Shown here: piece by piece, positions 20,043-31,285 of the stretch
Layout: every line of letters starts with the position of its first letter
How positions within the stretch are numbered: position 1 is the stretch's first letter
Assembly: GCA_002391105.1 (NCBI GenBank)
Contig: DGRT01000037.1
Span: 394-64,393, forward strand
Length of the DNA stretch: 64,000 bases
Direction: 5' to 3'
Origin: Lachnospiraceae bacterium UBA4381
GTDB taxonomy: Bacteria > Bacillota > Clostridia > Lachnospirales > Lachnospiraceae
The notes under the pieces: generated by a model
Seen by the model: only the letters and a program-made list of their open reading frames with translations
Told to the model about the DNA's origin: nothing
Databases searched by the model: none
Made by a program: the position numbers and the translations under genes

Positions 20043-21974
20043 TTATTTAATTATATATACAGCCTTATCAGCATACCACCTGTTTCCATTTGTGGTATCG
20101 CCTGCCTCCAACGTCTCTCCATTTCCGATATATAATGCTGTATGGCCTATTCCTGTTCCTGCGTCATTCGCTATATCGCCTGAGTAGTAGAACAGAAGGT
20201 CACCCGGCTGAACCTCTGATATCCAGACCTCCTGAGAGGAATAGGTTGAATACTGAAGTCCTGCATTATGAGGAAGACTGTAGCCTGCATAAGCCCATGA
20301 CAGCATGGTAAAGCCTGAGCAGTCTGTTCCAGCCATGGTCTGTCCACCGTAAACATATGGGAAGCCAAGCGATCTGCCCGCATACTGGATAACGCTGTCC
20401 TTTGTAGCCGAAGGTGCTCCACCCATCGGAGGAACTGTTGTAAGATATCCATCCCAGCCTACAGCATATCCGGCTGAATCAAAGCTGACGTAGGTCTGAT
20501 CTATAATAAGGGTAGTATCCTTGGCATATGCACCTGTATTATCATAAAGTGAATATCCTGTGCCATCCCACCACCAGTAACCTGTTCTGCCTGTCCAGGC
20601 ACCGGAGTGATCTACCCAGTAACCATCTATCCACTGACCGGTCTCTTCACCATTAATAGTTGCTCCGGATGCAAGCAGTCCACTGTAGTTGAAGTAATAA
20701 TAGGTTCCACCGATATTCTTCCAGGTGGATCTTACCATATAGCCCCACTCATCAAAGTAGTACCAGCATCCATCAATTTTCTGCCACTGGCTATATGGAT
20801 ACCAGCCATAATTATCTGTTATATACCAGCCCCAGCTATCCTGACTCCAGGACATGGAATAGCTTGCATCCCATACTCCATCAGCTCCCAGCCAGCAGCC
20901 ATCATACCAGCAGTTGGTTTCCACACCGTAATTATCTATATCTGCTCCAAGATAGTACCATTTGCCTTCACTCTGCTGCCAGCCCGACTGCATCACGCCC
21001 TCAGCATTAAAGAGGCACCTTTTTCCGTTTATCTCAACCCAGCCTACAGCAAGTCTCAGATCATCATAGATATAATATATATCACCATAATATCTTGAAT
21101 AACCGGTTTGATAGAAGCCTGTAGGTACTGCCTCGACCTTTCCAGCCTTCAGATTCTCAAGGCTCACATAATCACCAAGATAATAAAGCACTCCGCTTAT
21201 TTTGGTAACTCCCGTTTTAAGAATACCATTTTCATCAAAATACAGTTTTCTGCCCTTATAATCCATCCAGCCGGTCTGCAGGCTTTGATCATCATTTACA
21301 TACGATATGCCATTTCCTGAAATGTTATCTAATTCCACAAAGCCCTTCTCAACAGGGGTTGCCACGCCTGACTTTGCACTATCATAATCAAAGTATCCAA
21401 GATAATAAATCTTACCATCCTTCTTCAGAAGTCCGGACTGAACTATACCATTTTCATTAAAATAATATCTGACTCCATTAATGGTCTTCCAGCCCGTGGC
21501 TACGGTCAGATCATCATTTACATAGTAATAGCCACTGCTATATGCGCCATTTTCGTTATAGCTGTAAATATATACAAAGCCGGTTTCTATAGTGCCAGCT
21601 CCTTCACCATAGTAAATGTCCATATAGCTGAAGTCTCCCAGATAGTAGAGCTTTCCATCTATCTTCCGGAATCCTGTAAGAACTATTCCATCTTTATCAA
21701 AATAAAACTTTCTGCCATCTATAGTCTGCCAGCCGGTAACCTTCTCCCCATCCTGATAATAACTGTAATTCCCGGCATCATCTGACTGCCAGCCGTCCGT
21801 TATCTCATCTTCATAATCATACCCATAATTATAATCATAGCCATACTCTGCCAATGAACCCGCTGCAAATACCACTCCCAGCTTATCCTGTGACTTTGAT
21901 GCGGCTGCAAGTATTGCTCCTGCACAAAAAACCGAAGCAGCAAAAGTTATGTACTTCCTGTTCATAAACCTCAT
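20043..21974 (-). CDS. NlpC/P60 peptidoglycan endopeptidase with cell-wall (choline-type) binding repeats
   Basis: Signal peptide, many TGW..DG..YYF repeats, PYVYGG..DCSGF and GHTALY. Confidence 0.9.
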   Translation of the reverse strand: MRFMNRKYITFAASVFCAGAILAAASKSQDKLGVVFAAGSLAEYGYDYNYGYDYEDEITDGWQSDDAGNYSYYQDGEKVTGWQTIDGRKFYFDKDGIVLTGFRKIDGKLYYLGDFSYMDIYYGEGAGTIETGFVYIYSYNENGAYSSGYYYVNDDLTVATGWKTINGVRYYFNENGIVQSGLLKKDGKIYYLGYFDYDSAKSGVATPVEKGFVELDNISGNGISYVNDDQSLQTGWMDYKGRKLYFDENGILKTGVTKISGVLYYLGDYVSLENLKAGKVEAVPTGFYQTGYSRYYGDIYYIYDDLRLAVGWVEINGKRCLFNAEGVMQSGWQQSEGKWYYLGADIDNYGVETNCWYDGCWLGADGVWDASYSMSWSQDSWGWYITDNYGWYPYSQWQKIDGCWYYFDEWGYMVRSTWKNIGGTYYYFNYSGLLASGATINGEETGQWIDGYWVDHSGAWTGRTGYWWWDGTGYSLYDNTGAYAKDTTLIIDQTYVSFDSAGYAVGWDGYLTTVPPMGGAPSATKDSVIQYAGRSLGFPYVYGGQTMAGTDCSGFTMLSWAYAGYSLPHNAGLQYSTYSSQEVWISEVQPGDLLFYYSGDIANDAGTGIGHTALYIGNGETLEAGDTTNGNRWYADKAVYIIK

Positions 21975-22231
21975 ATTCCCTCCCAATAATTGTTACTATT
22001 CAGGCGCCACCTAGTAGCATTGAATGTATCAAAACACCATCCTTGTAATAATACACCTTTTTTACCATTATGGTCAACCTTTCCTTATAAAGGCAAGGCT
22101 GCAGCAAAGACAGAAAAAAGGTGAAAAGCCATTTGACTCTCCACCCTCTGTATATATATGTTTTTTTGTGAAATAAGTTTGCTTAATTATTATATCGTAA
22201 TCATTCTTCTTAATTATTATAGCCGGATATT

Positions 22232-23554
22232 CTAGTAGAAGATATGATCACCTATCTGTACATAGTATCCAAGTGTTGATGTATCTATATTCCAGGTAGG
22301 TCTGAAGTACATAAGTCCCGGAACATTATTTGCACCATTCAGTGCATCCTGAGCAGCCTGAAGTGATGTAGCACTACCACCTGTTGAAAGAGCTGTGCTA
22401 AATGAACCTGAATAGATTCCTGTAAACTGGCTTGGTGCATAGATAACATCTGAAAGTGAGCTTCCCCAGTATCCATTATAAAGTCTGTTCATAACTACAC
22501 TTGCAACTGCAAGCTGTCCTTCATATGACTGATTTCCTGCCTCTGCATAAACGATTGCAGCCAGAAGATAAAGATCACTTGAGTTAGTAGCAGGTGCCTC
22601 TGTAGGAGCTTCTGTCGGTGCCTCTGTTGGCGCTTCTGTAGGAGCCTCAGTTGTAGGAGCCTCTGTCGGTGCCTCTGTTGTAGGAGCCTCTGTCGGCGCC
22701 TCTGTTACAGGAGCCTCTGTTGGTGCTTCAGTTGTAGTTGCTTCTGTAGCAGCAACCGTAGTAGCTTCTGTAGTTACCTCTACAGCTCTGGTATCATTAT
22801 TCTGCTCAGTCTTTGTATTATTAGCAGTCTCAGTCTTCTTTTCTTCTGAAACTGTCTTATCTTCCTCGTCTTCTATCTCGATAACATTTTTCTCTTCTTC
22901 ACGTTCTGCGTCAGCTACAACGACCGGTTCAACATAGAGAAGCTCTCTAAGTGTCTTGCCCTCTTCATCAGCCTGAACAGCATACTTTGTAGCCTCTTCA
23001 TCGGTTGCGATGAACTCTGTCTTAAGATATCCCTCTGAATCGTCCGCAGAAACGATAGTCCATTCACCATCTGTTCCAACAACAGTTCCGGTATCACCGG
23101 TATTTAATACCTTAAGTATATTTCCATCTGTTGATGCTTCTGCCCTGAGATTAAGTCCGTCAGTTAAAACGATGTACTTTCCTGTCATATCAATCTCAGT
23201 CTGAGCCATATTGCTTGTATCATTTGCAGCAGTAAGAACTGTCTCATCATCAAATAATGAATAGAGCTGATCAACTGACTCTGCCTCGATCATAGATGCC
23301 TCAGAGATATTGATCACCATATTGTTCTCAGCCTGCTCAGCAACTATAGCTGCTACAGTCTTTTCTTCAGTCTTTTTATCATCTATTATATTTGCAGCAA
23401 GTACCGAACCTCCGGCTATAGCAAAGGTTGTCATAAATACAAGTGCATTTCTTACCATAAACTTACCTGAAAGAATATACTTTCTAGTATAAAGCTTTGC
23501 ATCTTCAAGTTTAAGCTGTGTCTTACGCCTCATAATTAACCTCGAAAATATCAT
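22232..23554 (-). CDS. SleB/Hydrolase_2 family cell wall hydrolase with SH3 domain and TEAP linker
   Basis: GLNLRAE SH3b, (TEAP)n, LLAAIVYAEA..GQLAVASVVMNR, IGDHIF. Confidence 0.88.
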   Translation of the reverse strand: MIFSRLIMRRKTQLKLEDAKLYTRKYILSGKFMVRNALVFMTTFAIAGGSVLAANIIDDKKTEEKTVAAIVAEQAENNMVINISEASMIEAESVDQLYSLFDDETVLTAANDTSNMAQTEIDMTGKYIVLTDGLNLRAEASTDGNILKVLNTGDTGTVVGTDGEWTIVSADDSEGYLKTEFIATDEEATKYAVQADEEGKTLRELLYVEPVVVADAEREEEKNVIEIEDEEDKTVSEEKKTETANNTKTEQNNDTRAVEVTTEATTVAATEATTTEAPTEAPVTEAPTEAPTTEAPTEAPTTEAPTEAPTEAPTEAPTEAPATNSSDLYLLAAIVYAEAGNQSYEGQLAVASVVMNRLYNGYWGSSLSDVIYAPSQFTGIYSGSFSTALSTGGSATSLQAAQDALNGANNVPGLMYFRPTWNIDTSTLGYYVQIGDHIFY

Positions 23555-23579
23555 AATCTTGATATATTTTACAGATACT

Positions 23580-23705
23580 TATTACAAAAATGTTGCATTA
23601 TGTAAGCAAATGTTACAAATTAACTACATTATGTAAACAAATGTTACAAAAAGTCCATAAAATGTTACAGATTTGTTACAAATGTATACTAACACTATGT
23701 AACAA
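23580..23705 (-). promoter_or_regulatory. Cluster of WalR-like boxes
   Basis: TGTAAC-aaatc-TGTAAC (23664-23680, minus) plus several TGTWAH half-sites upstream of a cell wall hydrolase. Confidence 0.6.
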
Positions 23706-23710
23706 ATCTG

Positions 23711-24847
23711 TCAAGGATTTTTCTCTATATTCTCGAAGTACAGGTCTATGCCCTTTGCTATTCCTATTGCAAGCTTCTTTCTGTATTCCTCAGAAGCCAG
23801 CGCCTCATCATCTGATTCATTAGATAAGAAGCCCATGCTGATTACTGTTGCGGGCATATCGCAATAGTTCAGCGACGTAAGATTATCTGTTTCATATATA
23901 CCCATTCTGGAAGCTCCTGTATCCTCACAGGTTGTTTTCAGAATGTCATAGCACAGTTCGTAATTATTCTGGTACAGCATTCCCGTATGCGAATTGGCCG
24001 ATGTTGCAATAAAGCCAAGTATTCCGGAGGCAGACGGATCATTTGCCTGAGGCGCCTCCAGCTTAATAAATACATCCGCCGAAGCCGCATTTGCCATTTC
24101 AGCACGCTTTGCATTGCTTATATCTACACTGCTGGAGGTTCGGGACAGATATACTGTATAGCCCCTCTTAACCAGCTCTGCATTCAGATAATTGGCAACC
24201 GCGAGTGTTACTTCATATTCAAAGTTTCCGGTACTTACTCCGATTGCTCCAGTCGTCATCTTCGGCTTCATTCCTGCCTTCTCGGCAGCCGTGGTAGCCG
24301 TAGCATACTGACCATTACTCATAAACTCAGGAGTCTCTATATCAGGACTGACAGGCTCAGTTTCCCGATTCTCGGTAATCTGTCTGGCAGGATCGATGTA
24401 TATAACCCTGTTTACCTGCTTGGTATCTGTTTCCGTAGCCCACTTGATATCCGTTTCTTCCACATACTGGGAACGTACATAAAGCGGTGTTCCGTTTATG
24501 AGAACTCTTGTCCACTGATCTCCGACACCGGTACGCTTTAGTTCAACACCCTTATCCAGCGTCACATACACCTCTGAATTCTCGGCAGGCTCCCGACGCA
24601 CAGTAACATTATCCTGTACTGTAACGATATAGTCTCTTATGGTTCTGAATCCGTCATCATCCAAAAGGCTCTCATCCTCTTCCTCTGTAGTTGACTGAGT
24701 GGTAGCAGTCTCCTGTTTCGCTCCGCAGCCGGTAAGAAGAAGCATCAGAATCAGCATAGCAGAGATAATTCTATGGCACGCTCCGATCTTTAGGATGGCA
24801 TAGTGTCTTTGCCCTTTATTCAGTTGTTGTTTTCTGAATAATTTCAA
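23711..24847 (-). CDS. N-acetylmuramoyl-L-alanine amidase (Amidase_3)-like lipoprotein with SH3 domain
   Basis: LLTGC lipobox, SH3b, amidase fold motifs (EYEVTLAVA, RAEMAN, MGFLSN); zinc-ligand positions look substituted. Confidence 0.8.
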   Translation of the reverse strand: MKLFRKQQLNKGQRHYAILKIGACHRIISAMLILMLLLTGCGAKQETATTQSTTEEEDESLLDDDGFRTIRDYIVTVQDNVTVRREPAENSEVYVTLDKGVELKRTGVGDQWTRVLINGTPLYVRSQYVEETDIKWATETDTKQVNRVIYIDPARQITENRETEPVSPDIETPEFMSNGQYATATTAAEKAGMKPKMTTGAIGVSTGNFEYEVTLAVANYLNAELVKRGYTVYLSRTSSSVDISNAKRAEMANAASADVFIKLEAPQANDPSASGILGFIATSANSHTGMLYQNNYELCYDILKTTCEDTGASRMGIYETDNLTSLNYCDMPATVISMGFLSNESDDEALASEEYRKKLAIGIAKGIDLYFENIEKNP

Positions 24848-24875
24848 TTTTTTATATTCCTGTTTTATATATTAT

Positions 24876-24900
24876 AGTTATTCCTTTGATTAATACTTAA
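24876..24900 (-). repeat. End fragment of the GNA-hairpin dispersed element (copy D)
   Basis: agttattcctttgattaatacttaa matches 40073-40097 at 24/25. Confidence 0.65.
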
Positions 24901-25385
24901 GAAAATGACCTGATAGCTCCAAATAGTCCCAGGCTTCCCAGCCCCATTATTATTCCGGCAAGAACAACTCCTGCCATTATAGCTATAACACATTTCTTAA
25001 AATCCAGATCCAGTATGCTGGCAGCAAGAGTTCCTGTCCAGGCTCCCGTACCGGGAAGCGGAATACCTACAAAAAGGAAAAGTGCCAGATATGTACTTCT
25101 TCCGGCTTTTTCTGTAAGCTTACGTCCGCCCTTTTCTCCTTTTTCAAGGCAGAAACGAAAGAAACGTCCTATCCAGCCCAGTCCCTTCGGCCAGTTTACC
25201 TTTGCTCCCCATTCCAGTACCTTTCTGGCAAAGAAAAATATCAGAGGAACCGGCAGCATATTACCCAAAATGCATATCACATAGGAAAGAGGCATATTCA
25301 GACCAAATCCAACCGCATAGGGAATAGCTCCTCTAAGCTCAACGAGCGGGACCATTGATATAAGAAAAATAATCAGATAATGCAT
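24897..25385 (-). CDS. Putative small multi-drug export protein
   Basis: SMVPLVELRGAIP, FVGIPLPGTGAWTG. Confidence 0.88.
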   Translation of the reverse strand: MHYLIIFLISMVPLVELRGAIPYAVGFGLNMPLSYVICILGNMLPVPLIFFFARKVLEWGAKVNWPKGLGWIGRFFRFCLEKGEKGGRKLTEKAGRSTYLALFLFVGIPLPGTGAWTGTLAASILDLDFKKCVIAIMAGVVLAGIIMGLGSLGLFGAIRSFS

Positions 25386-25480
25386 AGCATCTACCTTTCA
25401 AATTTATTTGTACTAGGCTGCATAATACCACAATACAATCTACTGTTGCAACCTCTTCCTCATCATACTCTCACCTCAGT

Positions 25481-27298
25481 CTAAAACTGACTCTCCAGCA
25501 GCATCGACAGCCGCTCTATGAATGTATCTCCATAATAATTCTCATACATTTCACGTCTCATTTCAGCCGGCTTGTTAGTAATGATAGAGTCCACGTCCAG
25601 CAGCATCATCTTTTCAAGAATAGCCTTACTATCCACCGTCCAGGCATAGACCTCCTTGCCCTGGGCATGAGCATTTCGCACTATATCATTATTTATATAT
25701 CTGTATTTGATGCTAAATGCATCCGCATTCGTCAGATTACTGATATCACCAACCGCAACCGACATAACATATACCGTCTGTACTCTGTCATCCAGTTCCT
25801 TAACCTTACTGATAGCCTTATAATTCATGGACGTAACAACACAGCTATCGTACAGGTCATACTCCTCGACAAGCGCCACGACAGACTCTATCAGATGCTT
25901 ATCCGTCTTGGCAGGCTTAAGCTCTATATTGAGATCCGCCTTCCCATCTATCAGTTCTATAGCCTCACGAAGAGTGGGAATCTTCTCGTCCTTGTATAGT
26001 TCTTTGTTTTTGCCCTTATATTTGGCCCCGGCACTGTATTCCTGAAGCTGTTCATAGGTCAGCTTTCCAACCTTTTTCTTAACTCCGCAGGTTCGATATA
26101 TGCTTTCATCATGCATGATGACTATCTCGCCATCCTTAGTTTCTCTGACATCCAGCTCAACTACGTCAGCACCTGTCTCCACTGCAATCTGAAATGCCGC
26201 AAGCGTATTCTCAGGTGCTTCCATACATGCGCCTCTGTGTGCGGTAATGCTTACCTTATCCAGATACTCTGCATTTACAGAGATCAGACCATATCTTTTA
26301 AGCATATAAAAACCGATATTCAGTATAAGTGCTATCGACATCAAAACAGCAATAACCTTTATTTCCCTGCGTCTGCTCCTTTTTACGTCATAGGTATAAT
26401 CATCGATGTTCTGCTTTCCCGGAGTCTCCGGCACCAGATTATAGTAGCTGTCGCAGATAAATGCATATATAAGTGGCAGCCCAACCAATACATAAAAGAT
26501 AGACAGCACCAGCTTTATAGCTTCGTAAATCATGGTCATGACTTTGACTGCTTCCCCGGAGCCGAGCACCTTATCAAGTACTACTCCTGAATACAGATAG
26601 TTGATAAGCACCGGCACACCTACCATTAGTACTACCCAGCACAGTATGCCGGGGATAACCCTTAACCTATGCTTCTTTAAAACCTCGCCAGTTCTATCAA
26701 TCGACTTACGAAAGCTGATTCCCTCGACATTGAATATATGCAGTAAAAATGTATATCTCATGGAATATATCATTAGAAGTGCATATATCGAAACTAAGGC
26801 AACTGTAATCGGCACATTCCAGGTCAGAAGATCTATCACATATGGAACCTTGATTCCCAGCAGCTCAAAGTTAAAGATAACATTTGTCATCACAGGAAAA
26901 TAGCACAATACAAATAAGAAGATAGGGAGATTACGAGGCCTGAGAACCCTGACGGCACTCCTTATTCCCACAAGCGCCATCCTGACAGGACCGGTTTTCT
27001 GCATGTAATTGGCGCGGTGACAGGAATAGCTGATAGCAGATACATTTATCATAATGTACATGCTCATAAAGAGAAGCATTATAAATATAAATGCATAGGT
27101 CGAGGGAGCCTTCAGGAACCTTCTCATGGTTTCCTTGGTCAGATAATTGATACCGGACAGATGCACTGCCATATTTACAAAAGCATAGTAGAGAGGAATA
27201 AGCACAGCAAAAGATACTGTCTTGAAGATAACTTCAAACAGTATCACATTTGCCATATTATATCTGAATAATTTTATAGTATCCCGAATACTCTTCAT
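25481..27298 (-). CDS. Membrane-bound glycerophosphodiester phosphodiesterase
   Basis: Multi-TM N-terminus; AHRG, PENT, ELDV, HD, IELK, AWTVD, IITN. Confidence 0.9.
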   Translation of the reverse strand: MKSIRDTIKLFRYNMANVILFEVIFKTVSFAVLIPLYYAFVNMAVHLSGINYLTKETMRRFLKAPSTYAFIFIMLLFMSMYIMINVSAISYSCHRANYMQKTGPVRMALVGIRSAVRVLRPRNLPIFLFVLCYFPVMTNVIFNFELLGIKVPYVIDLLTWNVPITVALVSIYALLMIYSMRYTFLLHIFNVEGISFRKSIDRTGEVLKKHRLRVIPGILCWVVLMVGVPVLINYLYSGVVLDKVLGSGEAVKVMTMIYEAIKLVLSIFYVLVGLPLIYAFICDSYYNLVPETPGKQNIDDYTYDVKRSRRREIKVIAVLMSIALILNIGFYMLKRYGLISVNAEYLDKVSITAHRGACMEAPENTLAAFQIAVETGADVVELDVRETKDGEIVIMHDESIYRTCGVKKKVGKLTYEQLQEYSAGAKYKGKNKELYKDEKIPTLREAIELIDGKADLNIELKPAKTDKHLIESVVALVEEYDLYDSCVVTSMNYKAISKVKELDDRVQTVYVMSVAVGDISNLTNADAFSIKYRYINNDIVRNAHAQGKEVYAWTVDSKAILEKMMLLDVDSIITNKPAEMRREMYENYYGDTFIERLSMLLESQF

Positions 27299-27314
27299 AG
27301 TTCAGAGTACTCCT

Positions 27315-28484
27315 TTACAGAAGTAGCATCGCATCACCGAAGGAGAAGAAGCGGTAACGTTCCTCTACAGCCTCCTTATATGCCTTCATTACAGCTTCGC
27401 GGTTATAAAATGCCGATACCAGCATTATAAGCGTTGATTCCGGTAAATGGAAGTTGGTAATCAGCGAATCCACGCATCTGAACTCATAGCCCGGATATAT
27501 GAATATATCTGTCCAGCCTGATGCCGGACGGATATCACGCATTTCACCCGTTTTATGAATATCCTGAAGATTTCCAACCGTCTCCAGAGTTCTGGTACTG
27601 GTGGTTCCAACGGATATAACCCTTCCGCCATTTCTTCTGGTCTCATTTATTATATCAGCCGCCTCCTGGGAAAGCTCATAATATTCACTATGCATATGAT
27701 GCTCTTCCAGCTTCGTAACCTTGACAGGTCTGAAGGTTCCAAGTCCTACATGAAGAGTAAGACGCGCGATCCTGATACCCTTTTTTTCTATATCTGCCAG
27801 CAGCTCCTTTGTAAAATGAAGTCCTGCAGTCGGAGCCGCAGCGCTGCCTGTATGCTCGGCATACACAGTCTGATAGCGGTCCTTGTCCTGTAACTTATGT
27901 GTGATATAAGGAGGAAGCGGCATCTCTCCAAGTCTGTCAAGTACCTCTTCCCATATTCCATCATATTCAAATCTGATGATCCGGTTTCCTTCCTCTACAG
28001 TATCCAGAACCTCAGCAGTAAGAAGCGGTTCTCCGGTTTCTGCATCCTTACCAAAGCATACCCTTGCGCCGGGCTTCATCTTCTTTCCGGGACGAACCAG
28101 GCACTCCCAGATACGGGTATTTTTACCACCGGACTTTTCAGAAACACTACTATTAAAAGTATCATTGAAAGCATCATTGAAAGTATCATCCGCAGAACCC
28201 TTCTGTCCGGCAGTCCATGAATCAGCAGCCTTCAGGAGCAGCACCTCTATAGCCGCTCCGGTTTCTTCCTTTTCTCCCAGAAGTCTGGCAGGAATAACCT
28301 TGGTGTCATTTACCACCAGACAGTCACCGGGATTCAGGTATTCTATTATATCGTGAAATCTTCTATGTTCTATCTCCCCGGTATCCCGATGTATAACCAT
28401 GAGTCTGGAGTTATCGCGCTTCTCCAGTGGATCCTGAGCAATCAGTTCCTCAGGAAGATCATAGTAAAAATCCTTAACATCCAT
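27315..28484 (-). CDS. queA: S-adenosylmethionine:tRNA ribosyltransferase-isomerase
   Basis: [49 protein letters not shown]. Confidence 0.97.
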   Translation of the reverse strand: MDVKDFYYDLPEELIAQDPLEKRDNSRLMVIHRDTGEIEHRRFHDIIEYLNPGDCLVVNDTKVIPARLLGEKEETGAAIEVLLLKAADSWTAGQKGSADDTFNDAFNDTFNSSVSEKSGGKNTRIWECLVRPGKKMKPGARVCFGKDAETGEPLLTAEVLDTVEEGNRIIRFEYDGIWEEVLDRLGEMPLPPYITHKLQDKDRYQTVYAEHTGSAAAPTAGLHFTKELLADIEKKGIRIARLTLHVGLGTFRPVKVTKLEEHHMHSEYYELSQEAADIINETRRNGGRVISVGTTSTRTLETVGNLQDIHKTGEMRDIRPASGWTDIFIYPGYEFRCVDSLITNFHLPESTLIMLVSAFYNREAVMKAYKEAVEERYRFFSFGDAMLLL

Positions 28485-28488
28485 TATC

Positions 28489-28529
28489 GTTCCTCGATTG
28501 TATGACCTGAATAGTCATCCTTTATTCTA
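28489..28529. repeat. Intergenic repeat shared with 31286-31345
   Basis: gttcctcgattgYatgacctgaatag identical at 25/26 positions. Confidence 0.75.
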
Positions 28530-31244
28530 TTAGGCTCTAAGCTCTATTCCCTCTGCCTTTAGAGCATCAAGTATTTTATTTACAGCAGCATTTACCTCAT
28601 CTCCTGTAAGGTTATGATCCGCTGCTCTGAAGGTAAGTGAATAAGCAACACTCTTCTTTCCAACCAGAACATTTGGTCCTTCATATACATCAAAGAGTTC
28701 CAGCTTCTCCAGATACTCGCCTGCATTCTTTCTGATGATCTTCTCGATATCTCCCACATACAGCTTTCTGTCACAGAGCAGAGCAAGGTCTCGATTGGAA
28801 GCAGGATACTTGGCAATCTCAGTATATTTAATATCAAAATCTGCCATTTCGACCAGCTTATCCATATTGATGACTGCTACATAGGCATCTGCCTTGATAC
28901 CATAGTTCTCAGCTACTACCGGATGAACCTGTCCGATATAACCAACCTCTGATGTATGGTTCGTGGCCTTTACTATCTTCGCCTGACGAAGTGTATGGAG
29001 GAACGGGTACTCTGTATGGTCATATTCAGCGGTTGAGATAAAATCAACTCCGTTTTCCCCACCTAAACCATTTGAGATATTCAGCTTGTCCAGAAGCTCT
29101 TCAACTACGCCCTTCATTACGAAGAAATCACCCTCACCGTACATTCCAATGGCAAGACGCTGAAGCTCATCGAGAGGAAGATCACTCTTCTTGCCCTCTT
29201 CTTCAGGCTTAGCCGGCCAGGTTGCATGAGGAATATATACATTTCCAAGCTCATACAGACGGACACTCTTATTGCGTCTGCTGGAGTTGGTACCAAGGGA
29301 TGTCAGAAGTCCGTTCAGAAGCTGGGTTCTCATCACCTTAAAGTCCTCACCCAGAGGATTAATGATATCAATTGTCTTACGAAGAGTACTGTCCTCCGGA
29401 ATCAGAAGCTTATCAAATGCCTTTGCACTTTCAAAGCTGTAGGTCATACCCTGTGAGAATCCATTTTCTTCTACTATCGCTCTGGCGATACGGTTTATGG
29501 ATTCACTGTAGGAGATACCGCCTATTCCTCCATTAGTTGTAGGAACTGTTGACGGGATCAGGTCATATCCGTGAATACGGGCTATTTCCTCAGCCAGATC
29601 CGCCATACAGTGAAGATCCTGTCTATAGGTAGGAACTGTAAGTGTATTCTTCTTCTCATCATAGGTAAGTCCAAGACGGCTGAATATATCAAGCTGCTCC
29701 TCCCTGTCTATATCAATTCCAAGAAGAGCATTCATTCTGTCCGGCTCAAAGGCAAGTGTCCAGGGTTCTACCGGTGCGGGATATTCATCAACCTCACCCT
29801 CCAGAACCTCACCACAGCCAAGCTCCTGTATCAACTGAACCGCACGAGTTATAGCAAGCTCTGCAAGATTCGGATCCAGTCCCTTATTAAACTTTGCTGA
29901 TGACTCTGTTGATATACCATGACGGCGTTCTGACTTACGTATGTTATTGCCCTCAAAGCATGCCGACTCAAAAAGAATATACGGAAGCTCTTTAGTTTCA
30001 AGAGGAATCATGGAGTTCTTACCGCCCTTGATTCCTGCGAGAGCAACCGGCTTAACCGCATCACATATCATAAGTGTATCTGTATCCAGCTTCAGCTCCT
30101 CGTCATGGAGGGTTGTGAATTCCTCACCCTCAGCAGCACGTCTTACGACAATCTTTCCTCCTTCAAGAGTTGAAAGGTCAAATGCATGCATCGGCTGTCC
30201 CAGCTCTTCCATTACGTAGTTAGTAATATCGACAATGTTATTGATAGCATTTATATTCCTGCTGCGAAGCCTCTTCTGAAGCCAGAGTGGTGAAGGACCT
30301 ATCTTTACATTTCTTACTACTCTTCCGATATATCTCTTGCAAAGATCAGGAGCCTGTATCTCTACAGCTATCTTATCTGATGATTTCTCGTCATGAACTT
30401 CATTTGCCTCGACACTTGCCTTCATTTTCTCCAGATTGAACTTGCCCTCCGGATCAAACGGAACCTTATAGGTTGCCGCAGCCTCTCTTGCCATACCAAG
30501 AACTGAAAAGCAGTCCACTCTGTTGGAGGTAATCTCGTACTCAATATTTGCATCATTTAAGCCAAGCTTCGCTGTAGCGTCATCACCGGGCTTCAGATTC
30601 ATAAGTGCTATCTCATCATCTGTAAAGATATATACTCCGTCTTTATCTCCGGGATAAAGGTCTCCGTTAGCACCTATCTCCTCGATGGCACACATCATAC
30701 CTGCTGATGGAACGCCTCTCAGCTTGCCCTTCTTGATCTTTCCTTCCTTTGGGGTGAGGTCTTCACCGGTATGAACATTATATACTGCTGTTCCGCCATC
30801 AAGAACTGTAGGTGTAAAGTATCTCTTCTCCTGTCCGTCAGCACCCTTCTCGTTATCAGCCTCACCAAATCTGTAAGGACAGAGCTTTATAATATTTGGC
30901 GCTCCCGTAACGATCTGTACGATACCGTCCTCATTCTGACCTGCCTCTACAGTATGTCCTACATTTACCTGACATACTACGAGTCTGTCTGCATCAGGAT
31001 GCTTCGCAACCTCCATAACCTGACCAACTACCACACGGCTGAGTCTGGCACCTGTAGGCTTCTTAAAATATTTGGTAACTCTCTCAACATGTGAACCGGA
31101 AAGGGTTATCCTGTCAGCGAATTCATCCACTGCTTTATCAAGTCCCTCATATTCCAGGGTACTGTTTCCATTTTCATCTATATCTACTTCAGGGAATGGC
31201 AGCTCCGGAACTATATCCTTCAGCCACATAACTGGTGTATCCAT
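28530..31244 (-). CDS. pheT: Phenylalanine--tRNA ligase beta subunit
   Basis: HPDADRL, KLRGVPSAGMMC, NRVDC, INNIVDITNY, EEIARIHGY, FDVYEG; 904 aa. Confidence 0.96.
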   Translation of the reverse strand: MDTPVMWLKDIVPELPFPEVDIDENGNSTLEYEGLDKAVDEFADRITLSGSHVERVTKYFKKPTGARLSRVVVGQVMEVAKHPDADRLVVCQVNVGHTVEAGQNEDGIVQIVTGAPNIIKLCPYRFGEADNEKGADGQEKRYFTPTVLDGGTAVYNVHTGEDLTPKEGKIKKGKLRGVPSAGMMCAIEEIGANGDLYPGDKDGVYIFTDDEIALMNLKPGDDATAKLGLNDANIEYEITSNRVDCFSVLGMAREAAATYKVPFDPEGKFNLEKMKASVEANEVHDEKSSDKIAVEIQAPDLCKRYIGRVVRNVKIGPSPLWLQKRLRSRNINAINNIVDITNYVMEELGQPMHAFDLSTLEGGKIVVRRAAEGEEFTTLHDEELKLDTDTLMICDAVKPVALAGIKGGKNSMIPLETKELPYILFESACFEGNNIRKSERRHGISTESSAKFNKGLDPNLAELAITRAVQLIQELGCGEVLEGEVDEYPAPVEPWTLAFEPDRMNALLGIDIDREEQLDIFSRLGLTYDEKKNTLTVPTYRQDLHCMADLAEEIARIHGYDLIPSTVPTTNGGIGGISYSESINRIARAIVEENGFSQGMTYSFESAKAFDKLLIPEDSTLRKTIDIINPLGEDFKVMRTQLLNGLLTSLGTNSSRRNKSVRLYELGNVYIPHATWPAKPEEEGKKSDLPLDELQRLAIGMYGEGDFFVMKGVVEELLDKLNISNGLGGENGVDFISTAEYDHTEYPFLHTLRQAKIVKATNHTSEVGYIGQVHPVVAENYGIKADAYVAVINMDKLVEMADFDIKYTEIAKYPASNRDLALLCDRKLYVGDIEKIIRKNAGEYLEKLELFDVYEGPNVLVGKKSVAYSLTFRAADHNLTGDEVNAAVNKILDALKAEGIELRA

Positions 31245-31285
31245 ATCTTTCTCCTTATCTTTCTAACTAATAAATTCTCGTGTCT

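Noticed and set aside
22590-22780. 12/15-bp repeats as a mobile or VNTR element
   Set aside because: In-frame TEAP linker of the hydrolase.
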